Assembly: GCA_030704615.1 (NCBI GenBank)
Contig: CM060732.1
Coordinates: forward strand, 56,110,001 to 56,174,000
Length of the DNA stretch: 64,000 bases
Source: Takakia lepidozioides
Taxonomy: Eukaryota; Plantae; Bryophyta
Direction of reading: 5' to 3'
Shown here: one piece after another, positions 38,305 through 51,246 of the stretch
Layout: every line of letters starts with the position of its first letter
Numbering within the stretch: position 1 is the stretch's first letter
Position numbers and translations under genes: made by a program
Notes under the pieces: model-generated
Database searches by the model: none
What the model was told of the DNA's origin: nothing
The model's input: only the letters and a program-made list of their open reading frames with translations

Positions 38305-39645
38305 CTCTTCAACCTTTCAATACGGGATGGTGCTGGAATTGGCAGCGCTTGAGTAGGGAGGCTAACAACTACGCCACACTAAGAAATTCTCTGGCATCCA
38401 TCCCTTGGGCAGGGGATAAGCTCCTCTTTGAAGAAGCTAACGCATTCAGCGATATTGCACAAAACCTCTTCGAAAAAAATTTATTGACAGGTCATGGGAG
38501 GCATGAACAAGTCTTCAGGGCTCCCAGAAGTAGTCTTCTCAAGTTCTGGCGTCTGCCTAACCTGCAGAGGTAGCACCAAGATCACTCAGAAATATAAGTA
38601 ACCTTCGGAACCATCTCCCACTTCTCCTAGGTTTCTTGACAATGTCCAGAGTCCAAGAATCGCGTGAGTTCTGCCCTCCCCATACACCGAGTGCTACGTG
38701 GCAGAAACGGTTCTTTGTTCACTTGTGGGGAAAGGCCTTTCGTCAGGTTTCAAGTGTGCAGGAGCTGAGATACACAGGAATAGTGAACGGTTCTTCTAAA
38801 GCTTGCTCCACTTGTGATACCCTTAGCTCGTTGTGTCGAGAACATATACCTCAATTTCTTGAAATGCATCTGATTTCTCAAGGGGTGAGCGAAACAAAAA
38901 GGCTTCTCTATGTCGTGCTCCGACTTGTGCACGCCCGAAGAGACTCCAGACTTTCCCCTTCCCCCGTGCAGCTCTACACGGCACTGGATGAACCCTTAGC
39001 TAGGCTCCGTCCACCTAGAAATGTAGGCCTCCTTAAAGAACAGAGAATCAGAAACTCTCAAACGAGCTCCTTACCTGACAAGGAACACCTCCAGGCAGCG
39101 AATGACAACGAGCGGAGAGCGCAAGCACTCAGTACAGAGTAACTGAGACACAGCCCAAACTCTCCCCAGCCTCTGAGACCATTACTGTTCTTGATCCTTC
39201 AAGACAACTGGATCAACAAGCACTCCAAAGAACCGTGGAGGTAAAGACAGGCTGACGATAACAGATCACGGCCCTCTACAGCTCAATAGCCTCTCTCACT
39301 CCTACACAGCTCAATAACCTCTCTCTCCTAATTCGTAAGTTTTTCCAAAGAGCTAACTCTTAGCAGTTTCAGCGAAAACCTGCAGAGTTCCCGAGATATA
39401 TCTTCCGATGCCAAAACAGCAGAGGCGGGGGATGATAAGAAGAAGGCAGCAGCAGAAGCAAAGCTTACGGCAGAGGGGGGGCGGTGGAAGCCATGGCTGC
39501 AGTCTGTGGAGGCCTTCGTTTTGTATAGAGAGCGCAAGAGGGAAGCCGGTTCTTGCGGCCTGCCCTCCTTTTCAACGCCGGCAAACTTTACCGACGTCTC
39601 CTGCAACACTGCCAGCCGGCAACATCGACTCTCGATGCGATTCCC

Positions 39646-39878
39646 GTTAGGGTGGTTCGGGGTAAGATAGTTACTTACCAAACTACTCGAAAAGTCCGGG
39701 TTTAGTGAGTTGCTAATAAGCCGTGCTGGGGGTGGCTTAGTAGCCAATGCTTCAGCGGCCCCGTAGTTAGTTGCTATGCTGCGGGGTTAGTTATCTAGTT
39801 AGTCGGATTGGGTTAGTTGGCGGGAGCTGGATTAGGGAAGGTTCGTTGGTGGCTTTTTAGTTAGGTTGGTCGGTTAGT
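39646..39878. promoter_or_regulatory. Cluster of GTTAG(T/G)T MYB/AC-like elements upstream of the uncharacterised gene
   Basis: Repeated GTTAGTT/GGTTAG/GTTAGGT motifs within ~230 bp, upstream of a minus-strand TATA-like CTATACAAAA (~39519-39528). Confidence 0.35.
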
Positions 39879-42800
39879 ACTAGTATTTTCGGATTAATTT
39901 AAATTAATCATTTCAAAAAAAAAGGTGAAATAATCAGAACATTTGTCACTACCAATTCGCATTGAATAATAAATATGGTTTTGTATGCGATTCCATAATT
40001 CTTAAATATGGAATATGTAATGAATTCTACGAATCGGTAGGTAGAGAAGGATAACGGCAATATAAAACCCCCGGCGGCAGGGTGGCGCATTCAAGAGCCG
40101 GTGAGTGACAGATCCGTTCGGGGCCCCGAAGCGGGTCGCAGAACGGGCCGGGCCGGGCGCGGCACGGGCGGCGTCGGGTGCCGTTCCGGCATCGAGTCGC
40201 CCGCCCGGCTGCCGCCGCCGCAGCCGTGGGCTCGCGGACGGAACGGATTCGAAGGAACGGCGGCATTGTTTATTTGTCGCTGGCCCGCGCGACACTGCCG
40301 GTCTGCCGTGCGGACATCTGCACTGGATGATGAATCATTCCATGGTGTGGATGAATGTTCTCCCACAAGGAACCTCTTCGGAGACGTGCATGTAGCAGAT
40401 GAATGAATGTCGGGGCGCCCATCTGTATCCCGGGAACGTTACGGCTGGATAATTCTGGCCACTATAAATGGTTAGATTCTATACATGAATCATCGACATG
40501 AGGTTGGGTGGGGGTGCGCAAATGAATCTTTCCTATCAGTGGAATTCTATGGCCGATCCGGAAACATCGAAGTTGTTTCCTTTCCGCTCCTACCGTGTGG
40601 AATGGATGGAAGACATTCTCCATGCGTACACAATTTCGGAACATCCGTGGGCGGCAACACCGTGTACACATTGTGTTACTACTTGATGTCGACATTGTTG
40701 TTTTCGCTTCCTTTCATCGCCAAGTCACTCTTGTGCCGTGATGACAACGTTTGGTATCAATGCTTTTATGGATTGAAAAAAATTTCCGGTTTGTAGCTAC
40801 GTAAATTACAAGCAAGAAACAAATTTGCCTACACAAATTGATTTCTGCGCTGGGACCCAGATCGGGTTATATATTCCCCGTCCGACATAACCTTTCCGTC
40901 CCACTATCCGTCCATCCACCCATCCATTCCCCGTTCGTCCGTTATCATCCACGTCCACTACTTTCCAAAGCCGCTAGATGACGCTGTCTGCGAATGACGG
41001 ATCGACGGCCACCTTGGGGGACCGCACGGTCGTGCAATATAGCACGCGGACAAACCACGCGGTCGGGAAATCTCCGAGTAGCGCAGCCTAACGGTGAACC
41101 ACGCGGTCAGTGAATCTATGCACGCCGCTGTAGCCGCACGGTCGCGGTTGGATGGCCTGCGTGACAACGGGTGAGCTCTACCTGACCCTCCACGCTCTGC
41201 CACGTGTGGAGCGCTGGGTGGACACAATCACTAGTGTGACCGGGCCCGCGTTTATGACACAGAGTGGACGCGCCATGACGGTGTCATCCAATGACCTCCG
41301 TCCACGCTGCATCCTCGGCTTTGGATGGTTTCCGTTCGACATTCATCCGGAAGCCTCGTCTTTAGGGTATGTAATGCGGCGGGTAGCGACGGCTGTCAGG
41401 GCGAGTTGATGGCGGGGAGTCTGCCGCCCGCCGTTTCGTATATACCTTACCTAGCCTGCGGCCTCACGTCTAATCGATATGGGACAATTCCATCGCTGCC
41501 CTTTATTTCCTGGTCCCCCCCCCCTCATCTGGCAGCCTTTGGAGCACTCATTTATCAAATGTCACACATCCCTGGCAGCGCCTCGTCGCAGATTTGAATT
41601 CACCTGGTGTGTCAGCCGCCACCTTTGTACTTGGCTCTGTCATTTCTCAACCTGCCACAAACACTAATAAACCATTTGCACGCATATATATATATACACC
41701 TACAATCATTATCGTCACAAATCAACTTACTGCTACTGTCGGACCCACTGCAATATATAGATAGCAGGGGTCCAGCTTTTCTGCTCTCTGGATTCGAGAC
41801 ATGGACTTCTTAACCGGCCGATCTCCCAACTTTCCACTTTCTGTTGCATAGGTCGGAGGTTCGACCCAACGTTGAGTGAGGTCTCACCTCTTTTCGTAGA
41901 CGTAAACTGCAGAGTAAAAGATAGGCCCAGGGGAAAGTATGTTGGGCTGTGGCACATGGATGGAGGTCCTACCGTACTGCCGCCGGCCGGTAGATCGGGC
42001 CAGCATGTTTTTCATCCATGTTAAACTTCGTCGTCCATCACTCGGCCTGCCAACTGGATGTTTCACTTTTGAAGTAGAACTAATAACTAACTAGATACCT
42101 AATAGAATAGAACTCATACAATTTTGGTCGCCAGACCACTGGGTCACCGTGGGTTCAAATCCTCGTGAGGCATATTAGAGCTAATTTGGAAGGAGGGGAA
42201 AACGAAAGCAACAAGCGAAGGTAATTGCATTCCCAACATTATCATTGCAAGGGAGGGACAGACAGGCAGGAGTAAGTGCAATAATGGGGGCATTGACAGT
42301 TCAGATCTCCAAAATCTTGCTGCATAGACTCTGGTACAACATCATTTAAGTTGGGGCCCTGCTGAATTGACCTTCTTCTCATCCCAAACTCCAATGCTTT
42401 TTCTACATTTTGACTAGGAATGGATTATGGAAATACATAAAAATATATATAAATAAATGAAAATCAACCTAGAATATAAAAAAAAATCACTGGAAAATAT
42501 CCATGGGCGTCTTAACGCAGGGCTGCTACTAGATGCGGCTTATTTATGACAGTCTCCCATAAATAATGGATTTGACAGAACAGGAAAACTCTAGTCGCTG
42601 TAAACGGGCCACCGTCGAAAGGCATCATATTATATCTCTCCCTCTCTCTTTATATATACTTTTTTTTAAATAAAAGGGGAGGAAGCTCTATACATAATCA
42701 AATTAGCGATTAATGTTTATTATTCCGACCTTCGCCTGTGCACTACGGTCCATTATTAACCAGAGTTATTATGATAATGAGTTAGCCTATAAGGGTAATG

Positions 42801-44853
42801 AAGTAATCGTCCTTGACTAGAGACTGGATGGATTTTGATATTTCAGCGAGTAAAGTTGACATGGATGGATGCAACGGATGTACACATGTACTTATTACTA
42901 CTCTCGAGATAAGACACCGAAATTAGATAATCATGTGTGATAATAAGTGACATAAATGCTAGAAAGAGCTTAAACAAGTGAGATATGTAGAATAAAGAAA
43001 GAAGAAAACTACAAGTTACCATGTCAGTTCTGGAAAAAGGATCCAATATAGGTTTGTGTGGGTAGGTACAGGGACCAAAAGATCAGCAAAATCTTGCGTC
43101 TATTGTGGAGGTGCTAACTAATTTAAAGGCTTCAATAATAGGGAGGCCATAATAAAGCTTCCAGTATCCACAACACCCACCTTCTTTTAAATAATCAGTC
43201 CCTCAATGCGCCGCCGCCTCCACGCGCTTCCACGACCAACGGCTGCATATCGTGATCTCGTATCGCGCGGCAGAAATGCCACCACGACATACCTCCCGAT
43301 CTCCGGAGATCGTGTGGATCGTGTGGCGCGGGGCAGCCTGGAATTAGGGATTCGTGGATGAGAGAGGGAATGAATGATGTGACAGGGAATTAGGACAAGG
43401 GAATGTGGATTAGGGTTAGGGGAATGAGAGGTGGCGTGGCGAGTTTGTCGGATGCGGTCGCCGCCCGGGCCCACGCTAAATCGCAAGCCTGGCTGCCCCG
43501 CCGGCCCCCAACGGCACCGACCGTCTTCGCTGGAAGGCGGGCTTATATAGGATTCCGGGGACATTGTTCTCGGCAAAGGTTATGGGATTATTATTCTGCC
43601 ACTTTGCTGCCTGGATGGTGTATTTTGTGAAGCCCCACCGATCACATCCCGCCTGGTACTATGTACACTGTGGCAGGTTTCCTTACTAGTATTGTTAGAG
43701 GGCCTCAGCCCAGCAACTGGGTTTTATCGCTCATGTTTGACCTTCTTCTCCACAATTAGTCTATAACTCACAAAATTATTCATTTATTTAATTTTATATC
43801 TATATTATTTCAATGTCATCCCGTACAACCAAGAAGTTGTCATTGGGGAGTATCAAACTGGTTTTGAAATTGATGCTTAGAGTCTCTTCTTCCAAGGAGA
43901 AGCTGACATATATAATGGATGTTTCTAAGGTTTTTCTTTTTTCTTTTTTTTCTTCTTCTTCTCCTGAGGTTCCCACTTTTGTACTTCAATACACCCTCCA
44001 AAAAGAACATCATAGCACATACTCACATTCAGTATGGAAAATAATAGAAATCACATAGAAATCAGGGGATTGCCCACACTAATAACACAACTCAGACGTA
44101 AAACAAACGGAGATATATGCAACTATGTTGATTATTGGAAGGGCTTGCTAGAAACACGTTTGAGTGATGTTTCAAGAGCAAAAGTCTCAGTTGTGTTAGT
44201 GTGGACAATCTCGTAGAACTAAAAAATGTGGAAAAAACGCCGACAAGTCCTCCTTCCATTGGATTAAAACACACATACTTATAATATACGGGCGGCACAC
44301 ATTTCACTAGTGAAAGTATTTCATAGGGCCCACCCCCCCAGAGGGAGTAGTAGCCATGAGGCAGAGTGGCTTTTAGTTACATCGGTTTTGGCCGGAGTCT
44401 TCTCTCTGAAAGTATTTCATCCATTTCTTAACAATGTGAAAAAAACGCCTACAAGTCCTCCTTCCATTGGATGATTTCATACATTTCACTAGTACACCCA
44501 TTTCTTAACGTTGTTCATCAATATGATGGATATCATCCAGCCACGGCTACATTTTAGCAAAAACAAAAATCATAAAATTATCTTGTTTCGCACTACTTTC
44601 AAGTTTAAATAGTTTCGTTTTTTTTGTCGGCATGAGCAAATTTTGTTTCGTAATGACATTACTCTAGGATTTTATGAGATTCATTTCCAAATATTCCACT
44701 GTGCTAGACATGAGCATACATCAAATAACCATCTTGGGATTGAGAGCATCCAGTATTGTTGTGCTTATTGATGTTGATTTTTTTTTGCCATTCCATTCCT
44801 TGAGTAAGTAAGGAGATCCAATGGGCAAATGCCACAATGTTTGTTTATAGGCA

Positions 44854-45419
44854 CTAGGGTAGAATGTGCCATCGACCCAAGTGTCGAGTGTTATCTAAGT
44901 CCAAGTGCAATCCCCTATGTATCCAAGTGCGTATCCTATGTCGAGGCCCATGTGTGAAGAATTGAAATCGATATGCTAAAATGAAGTTGGATGTTTGTTT
45001 AGTTACAAAGAATCTGTGGTACATGAATGAACTAATGTTTTATAATATTGTAAACTTGAACAACATCAAATATTGGAATTTGGTGAAAGAGTTAGAAGTT
45101 TATATTAATACATCTGTATATACAATCATATATTGAAAAAACCAATTTTTTTTTTCCATGAATTTCTTGAGTAGTAATATATCCAATCATTGTTCCAGTA
45201 AAAGCCCACTTTGCTATTTTTCACGAATTTCCAACAACCAAAAGTACTTAAAATTCCATATCTCCCACACCGCAGGTCCAAAAATCATGAAATCAAGCCA
45301 GTGCACCCCTTCTCATCGAGGGCTTTCCAATGATATCAAGCACCAGGGCTGGGCCTCGCGGTTTGGGACATCTCAATGTTACAAACAAAACAAACAAACT
45401 ACTTTGTTTCATATATTGA
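44854..45419 (-). mobile_element. Helitron-like element (reverse), internally deleted or interrupted
   Basis: A|CTAGGGTAG at 44854 and TTTCATATATTGA|T at 45419. Body matches the 1822-5213 family. Confidence 0.75.
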
Positions 45420-45733
45420 TTCTTATAAAAGTTCATCTATGAGATATTGATTCCGTCTAGAAATGTGTCACGGCCAGCAACAACAGACACTTTCATAGAA
45501 TATCAAAACATTATGAACCAAGAAAAGTGGTCTAGAATGCAAGTTTGTTGTGTAGGTGAAATATGCCTTGGAGGCTCTTAAGTTCCATCTCGCATCTATG
45601 GCTGCAGTAGGCCCTATTTCTTTTTTTGGCATCACAAACTCAAGAAAGAGAAAACATCAAGATGACGAACCTAACCAAAATACAAGGTGCGTCCTTATCA
45701 CCTTCTCAATCCGAGTCGCTTATAGATCCATAG

Positions 45734-46199
45734 TGTCATGGTTTTAGTCATGGTTAACTAGAATTACCTACTTCTAGTTAATTATGACATTTTGGATATT
45801 TATATTTGTATTTTGTGTGTTGGGACTTCATTTGGTCTCATATGTCAAGTGAGGTGTTAAGCCTCACTTAGGACATGGGAATAGGTTTTCACCTTGTGAG
45901 GGTTGAGAAGGCTCATCTTCTTGTATTGATAAGAAATGTGAAAAGAGATAAACCCACTCTATCACTTTATGTAAGTCAAGCCAATGACACCTTTGCTAAA
46001 GGACTCCACCATACAAACCTCACCCATACTCCATCTCAAGTACTAGAGCTATGGCGGCGAGAGAGGCCTCGGGAGGCTAAAGTGATAGAGTACGTTCATC
46101 TCTTTCCACATTTATTATCCAAGGTGTTGTGGCATAGCTTTCTAGGATTGTGTGGTGGACAACGATGTAAGTTGTGGCACGATGCTTAGGGGCATGACA
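45734..46199 (+). mobile_element. Solo LTR of the PHD-integrase Gypsy family
   Basis: TGTCATG...CATGACA ends, flanking duplication ATAG (4 bp), reverse-complement similarity to 51247-51691. Confidence 0.85.
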
Positions 46200-47389
46200 A
46201 TAGGACTAGGAAAATATGGTTTTTTCTCTATACAATTATGTCTTAAGATTGTAGACCTATGACGTTTGGTGAGCATTCATCATTAAGTTGGTTCCCAACC
46301 TGATGGTACCCAAGATACGGCTCGTCCAATGACCCTAGAGTATTGCTTGTGGCCATATTTTTTTATTTCATAAATATATGTTTCTCCCACCTTCTTTCTC
46401 TTCTCCTTATCTTTATGCATTACCTTTTGTTACTTAGTGAGTCCATTTAAATATGTCCCCATCATATTAGTCCTATTTAACGACATGATTGATTTGCTTT
46501 TGGAATACGATAAGAACTTGGTATAGAACTTTATGCACAATATAAAAATAGTAAAAGATATATTAGAAAACAAGAATATAAATCAGAATCTAGAACAATA
46601 GATTAGATGGAATTGGTATAAAGTATCAACCAATTATACCAAATTCAATTCCAATCTCATGAATTCCATGGAATTCCATTTTCGTGTGGAATTCCATCCA
46701 TTTCCAGTGAGTTGATTCATTCCAATTCCAATTCCAAATCCCATTTACAAAGCTTGGTGATCCTTGGAACCAATGTTTGAGTGGAGATATTAGCAACTAA
46801 AAAGACATAGACATATGTTCATGCTTTACAAAAGAAGCATTGATTTGGAAATCATAGCTTGCCAATATCAAGTGCCATGCATTGAGTTCGTTCTTCACCA
46901 AACTTATAGATGTATAGACATTTCTACTCATTTGAAGATGGTTTAGGTTCCAAATTTTAATTTTCTAAAGGAGGTTCTACTCGCAAAGTCCAAAGTGAGT
47001 TGGCCGAGGTGCAAGAAACCTTGTAAACTGCAGCCCTTACCTTCTTTAAATATTGTCTCACAGCGGTGGTCGAGTCGCGCCTTCTAGAACGGGGCCCACC
47101 GCTTCATCCTCCTCATCTTACTTCTGGAAAGCTCTAGAACTAGAAGTAAGGCCTACCCTCCTATTTCTATGCTAGCCTGTACATATGGCCTCACATTTCA
47201 CCCATTCCAACAATTGCCCTCCCTCCCCATTGGCCTCTCTATTTTTCGACCTTCAGGAATAGCCCCGTCAGAATTGGGACTCTTATAGATGTACTATGAA
47301 TATTAATGTCACTCATATTGACAATATATAAATGAAACTGGGGCCTCTGTATCTATATATATAATAAAATTATATTAGAATGCTACTTG

Positions 47390-48170
47390 TGGGGGGGTGT
47401 GAAAGCCACTCCCTATATTTTTTATATATCACGTGCGAAAAAGGGTATTTTGTATGGGGGGTATTATTTTTATTTTGGTCATTATCGGCCACCCTATACT
47501 TACTTAATTTTGTAAAATGCTAGATTTTTCTATATCAATTATATTTTACTGTTGTTAGCAAATTTCAGGCACGTTATAGTAACAATACAAAACAAAAAAA
47601 AATTACAGTAGAAAATAGTTCATTACTTGGTCGAAACAAACTCATCCAAAGCTTGGGGATGAGTAGCATTCAAGCTGTAAGCATTTTGAAATTTGTCAAA
47701 AGTCTTAGTAACTGAACTAATGATTGAATCTATGTCTATCCATTTACTATTTGTTACATCATACTTGAATTTAAGGTGCCCTCTAGATTTCGAGAAATAA
47801 TTTAAGATGACCATTACTGTTGTCGTTGGTTTATTGAAAAGATCCACTATCTACAAAAATATCTATCACCCTAAACTCAAACTCCCATGTGAACCAAGTG
47901 ACATCAATAGTTGAAGTCCTCAAATCCAAATCTAGCCCACTTGATAAACCAGTAACTAGACGACACGTGTCCCAAATCTTTATCAGGACCCTATTGGTAG
48001 TTGTAAAAATTATATATATATAGTATATATTCCATACCCTATATTCATTTAAATTCCAAAACCACGATATATTGGTACCCTTTGTTATTTGTAATTGTTT
48101 TCTAAATTTTATCTGCAAAGAATATATTGTACCCTATTTTTTTTTCACGTATTTTTGGAAGTGGCCCCCC
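47390..48170. mobile_element. Possible TIR-transposon remnant
   Basis: Degenerate G-rich inverted ends (GGGGGG..GCCACT..ACGTG..AAAAAGGGTA versus TACCCTATTTTT..CACGT..AGTGGCCCCCC) with a short ORF remnant inside. Confidence 0.3.
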
Positions 48171-48476
48171 AAGGCCACTTGACAATCATGCCCAGCCTGG
48201 TCACAAGGGTCGGAGGTCATTGATCTGGAATATGTCATCCTAGGAGTGTATTTTTTAATCAGCACAAAATAGTCTGATTTGGGGCCAAAATCGCTATAAA
48301 CTTAAAACCAAATGAAATTATAGCTTAACTTGGTGATGGGGCGGTTTCCCCTAAGCCTTCACGCCCGAGGTGGTTAGTTTTCCACGTTTTTAATGCAATT
48401 CTGGGGCTCGTCCCCTTTCATATTAAAAAATAAAAAACTTAACACTGACTTTCTCCTATTGCTTATCTTCTGCTAA

Positions 48477-49604
48477 CCCTTCAAAGACGAGCCTGTTTTT
48501 GGTGGGCTCCGTCTAAAACCAGACATACCCTCACGGATGAGGGTGTATCTCCCATTGGACAAACATCCGAGGGGATGAACTGTTCCAAAGTCATCCTACC
48601 TACTTCATGCACCTGAAGTAAAAATTTCAGGAGAATTGACCATCTAAAGTGGAAGATTATAACAAAAATTCTAGGCTTTTTTTTTTTTTGTTGGATATAT
48701 TTTCAACATGAAAATTTGGTTTGACCAAGCAGATTGCCAACCTTTTTTATTTTTCATTGATACAGCCTACCCAGATTCAGATTATATGGCACCCACAGCA
48801 AAGCCTCCCAAAATTCCAAAAATGCATAATGGTTGCTTTGTATGGGAAAACAGGGGGGCAAAATGCCAATTTCTCTCATGGGAAAAACACATCCCCCCAA
48901 ATGTGGGGCAATTTGTGAGGGAATCCAAATTCCTCTGATCATGTTGTTGTTTGCCTACCTACCGAGTACCCTGGAAAAAAAATTCCACATTCTAAGCTGT
49001 TTGTAGGCAAAGATTGCCAAAAAAACCGAAACCCTACTTGAATCCCAGCTCCGGCCAAAGAATTGCCGGAGCCGGTGGACATTCCCGGCCAAAAAATCCG
49101 GCCACGTCATCACAAACCAAGGAAGTCACGGGGCCCTCCACCCTGCGTTTCAGCGCTCTCCCTCCACGACCTGCCAACGGCCACCTGATTGGGCCACGCA
49201 CCTAAACCCTACGCGGGTGAGAATCTCCCGTCGCCACCTGATTGGGCCACGTGCCTGGCGTTTCGCGCGTGCCGGGGGTCCGCCGCTGTCCGCACGGGCG
49301 GACATGCAGCCCCCCGCTGTCACCCGCTGCCGGCAAACGCCCACCCCCCCAATCCTGCCTGCCACGTCTGCCAGTCAACCTGCTGACGGGCCCAAAACCA
49401 CAGGATTTTGGGTACCCCTCCAGATTCCAAAAAATCCTGACGGCGGGGGATTAGATTTTTTAGGGTGCGATCAACACAGGGGACCGTAAAATTTTATGGG
49501 CTACACTTTTCGTTCAGGAATCGTTTTCATCCGACATGATCTGCGCATTTATCATCCAATCGAAATTTCGACCCCCCCATACGGGTCGCCTCGTCCTTGA
49601 AGGG
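48477..49604. mobile_element. piggyBac-like non-autonomous element
   Basis: TIR CCCTTCAAAGACGAG versus CTCGTCCTTGAAGGG (14/15 match), flanked by CTAA (left) and TTAA (right). No transposase ORF. Confidence 0.65.
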
Positions 49605-51246
49605 TTAAGGTTCCATTCAATTAACCTACAATGGGAGTTCATTTATCGGTGAGCACACGGAGACCTCAAACTAGCCTGTGTAACACAAAACTAAATGAAG
49701 TTACAGTTACCATAAAATATTCTTCTTGCAAAAGGTTCAAATCAATTATGTCTATGATGGGTTTGCATTCAATTTTCACTAAGCACAAAATGTCCAAGCA
49801 TTATTACATAAAAGCAAATGAAATTCTAATTCAACAATTTTGTCTAAGATTGTTTATCTCCAAGTTGCTAGGTCTAAATCAAATTGAGCATACACTGAAC
49901 CCAGTACGCCAACGAAATAGAACGCTATACAGGTTCGAGGTGGACCGAAAACGTCCACACCCTTGCCCCTAAACCCTGTATCCCATAAAGGGTGGGCACT
50001 GTATATCTCTCCCTGCCCTGAACTCGAGCACAGTATACATGGCCCTGAACCTACCTCTGAAACCGAATCAACGTGACCATGCCCATGTCAGATAGCGCGT
50101 GTCAGTAGCTTGGCAGCGACCACAATACCCCCTCCTGCCAATGGGAACGCCAGAGGGGAATGGGGGAGCCCAGTTGCGCAGAGAATAATGTGGGCGATTC
50201 AGGGGCAAGGGTGTGCACGAGTCTGGGCTGCCCCGCCACAGAACCCACAGGGCCTGAATCGCTCACGGCATCTTTGGTGTTACAGGGTGTATTTGAGCTC
50301 AAGGGTAGGGATGCTCTTAGGAGCAATAGTTAGATTATCCAATTGATGAAATTGACCATAACACTCGAGCAAGCCTAGGGGTTGGAAGCTGTTTGTGCCT
50401 TGCCTGCGCATGACCTATGTGATCTAGTGTCCACACTATGGGTTATATGTTTGCTAAAGGAAATACAAATCATAGGTTGACATCGGGTGCTGCTACATTA
50501 ATAGGATCAGTTCATGGTTTATGAGTATATTTTAGCTAAAACTCTATGTAAAACATAAAATATTAATAACCAAACATTTCTTTCAATACTGTAATATTAT
50601 ACACAGCAGTATTTCGCTATCAAAACTACTCCAAGATTTGTGCTCACGCAAGTACAAGGAGTTTCGTTGTCAAAACAAACCCAAAAAAAAACTAAAATAA
50701 AATAACATATAAAAGATAGTTTCACGTGAGCGCAAATTTTGAAGGGCTTTCGCAATTTTATCACTTGAGCATATTTTTGTTTCATTGTATCATATTTTTA
50801 GATATTTTAGGAATCTATAGAATATTTTAGCCTTGTTTGAATGAGCATCCAACCTCGGGATGAGGAGACAATATATTTTTCGCCTCATTCAAGCGGTGTC
50901 ATCCTTTCCAATCTAACTCACTATACGTCAATAGACCTCCACTTGAAATGTTGTTATTTTAAACTTCACAATGAAGCAATTGTGTACACAAATTAAAATA
51001 TAGTCTCTGGACGGAGCTCCCTCTCACCGGGCTCCCCTCCACTCTTTCCCCTGAGTTCGAGCGAGAAGTTAACTAGAAGCATCTCAAACCTTCCAAGAAA
51101 GCCTCGAGGCTTAATTATAGATAGACCTTTCTGCTAATAGAAAGATCAATGGTCTAAATCTTTAGAACATCCTTTTTAGCCTCCTTATTATTGGTTTGTC
51201 TAGTAAAGACCAACCGGTTGGCAGCTCTTCGCTTAGGTATTTCCTA

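Noticed and set aside
39102-39123. TGACAACGAG.. resembling miR535
   Set aside because: Only the first ~10 nt match and no foldback partner was seen.
38636-39142. 168-aa plus-strand ORF
   Set aside because: Non-ATG start, no recognisable motif, and antisense to the probable leader of the downstream minus-strand gene.
40002-41667. Overlapping GC-rich ORFs on both strands
   Set aside because: GC-rich intergenic sequence is depleted of stop codons. No domains or splice-consistent structure.
42130-42172. tRNA-like GGGTTCAAATCC (also ~21405 and 57811)
   Set aside because: Isolated A- or B-box fragments with no cloverleaf; treated as SINE or tRNA relics, not tRNA genes.
43409-43421. TTAGGGTTAGGG telomere-like motif
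   Set aside because: Only two units, so chance or a telo-box, not an interstitial telomere array.
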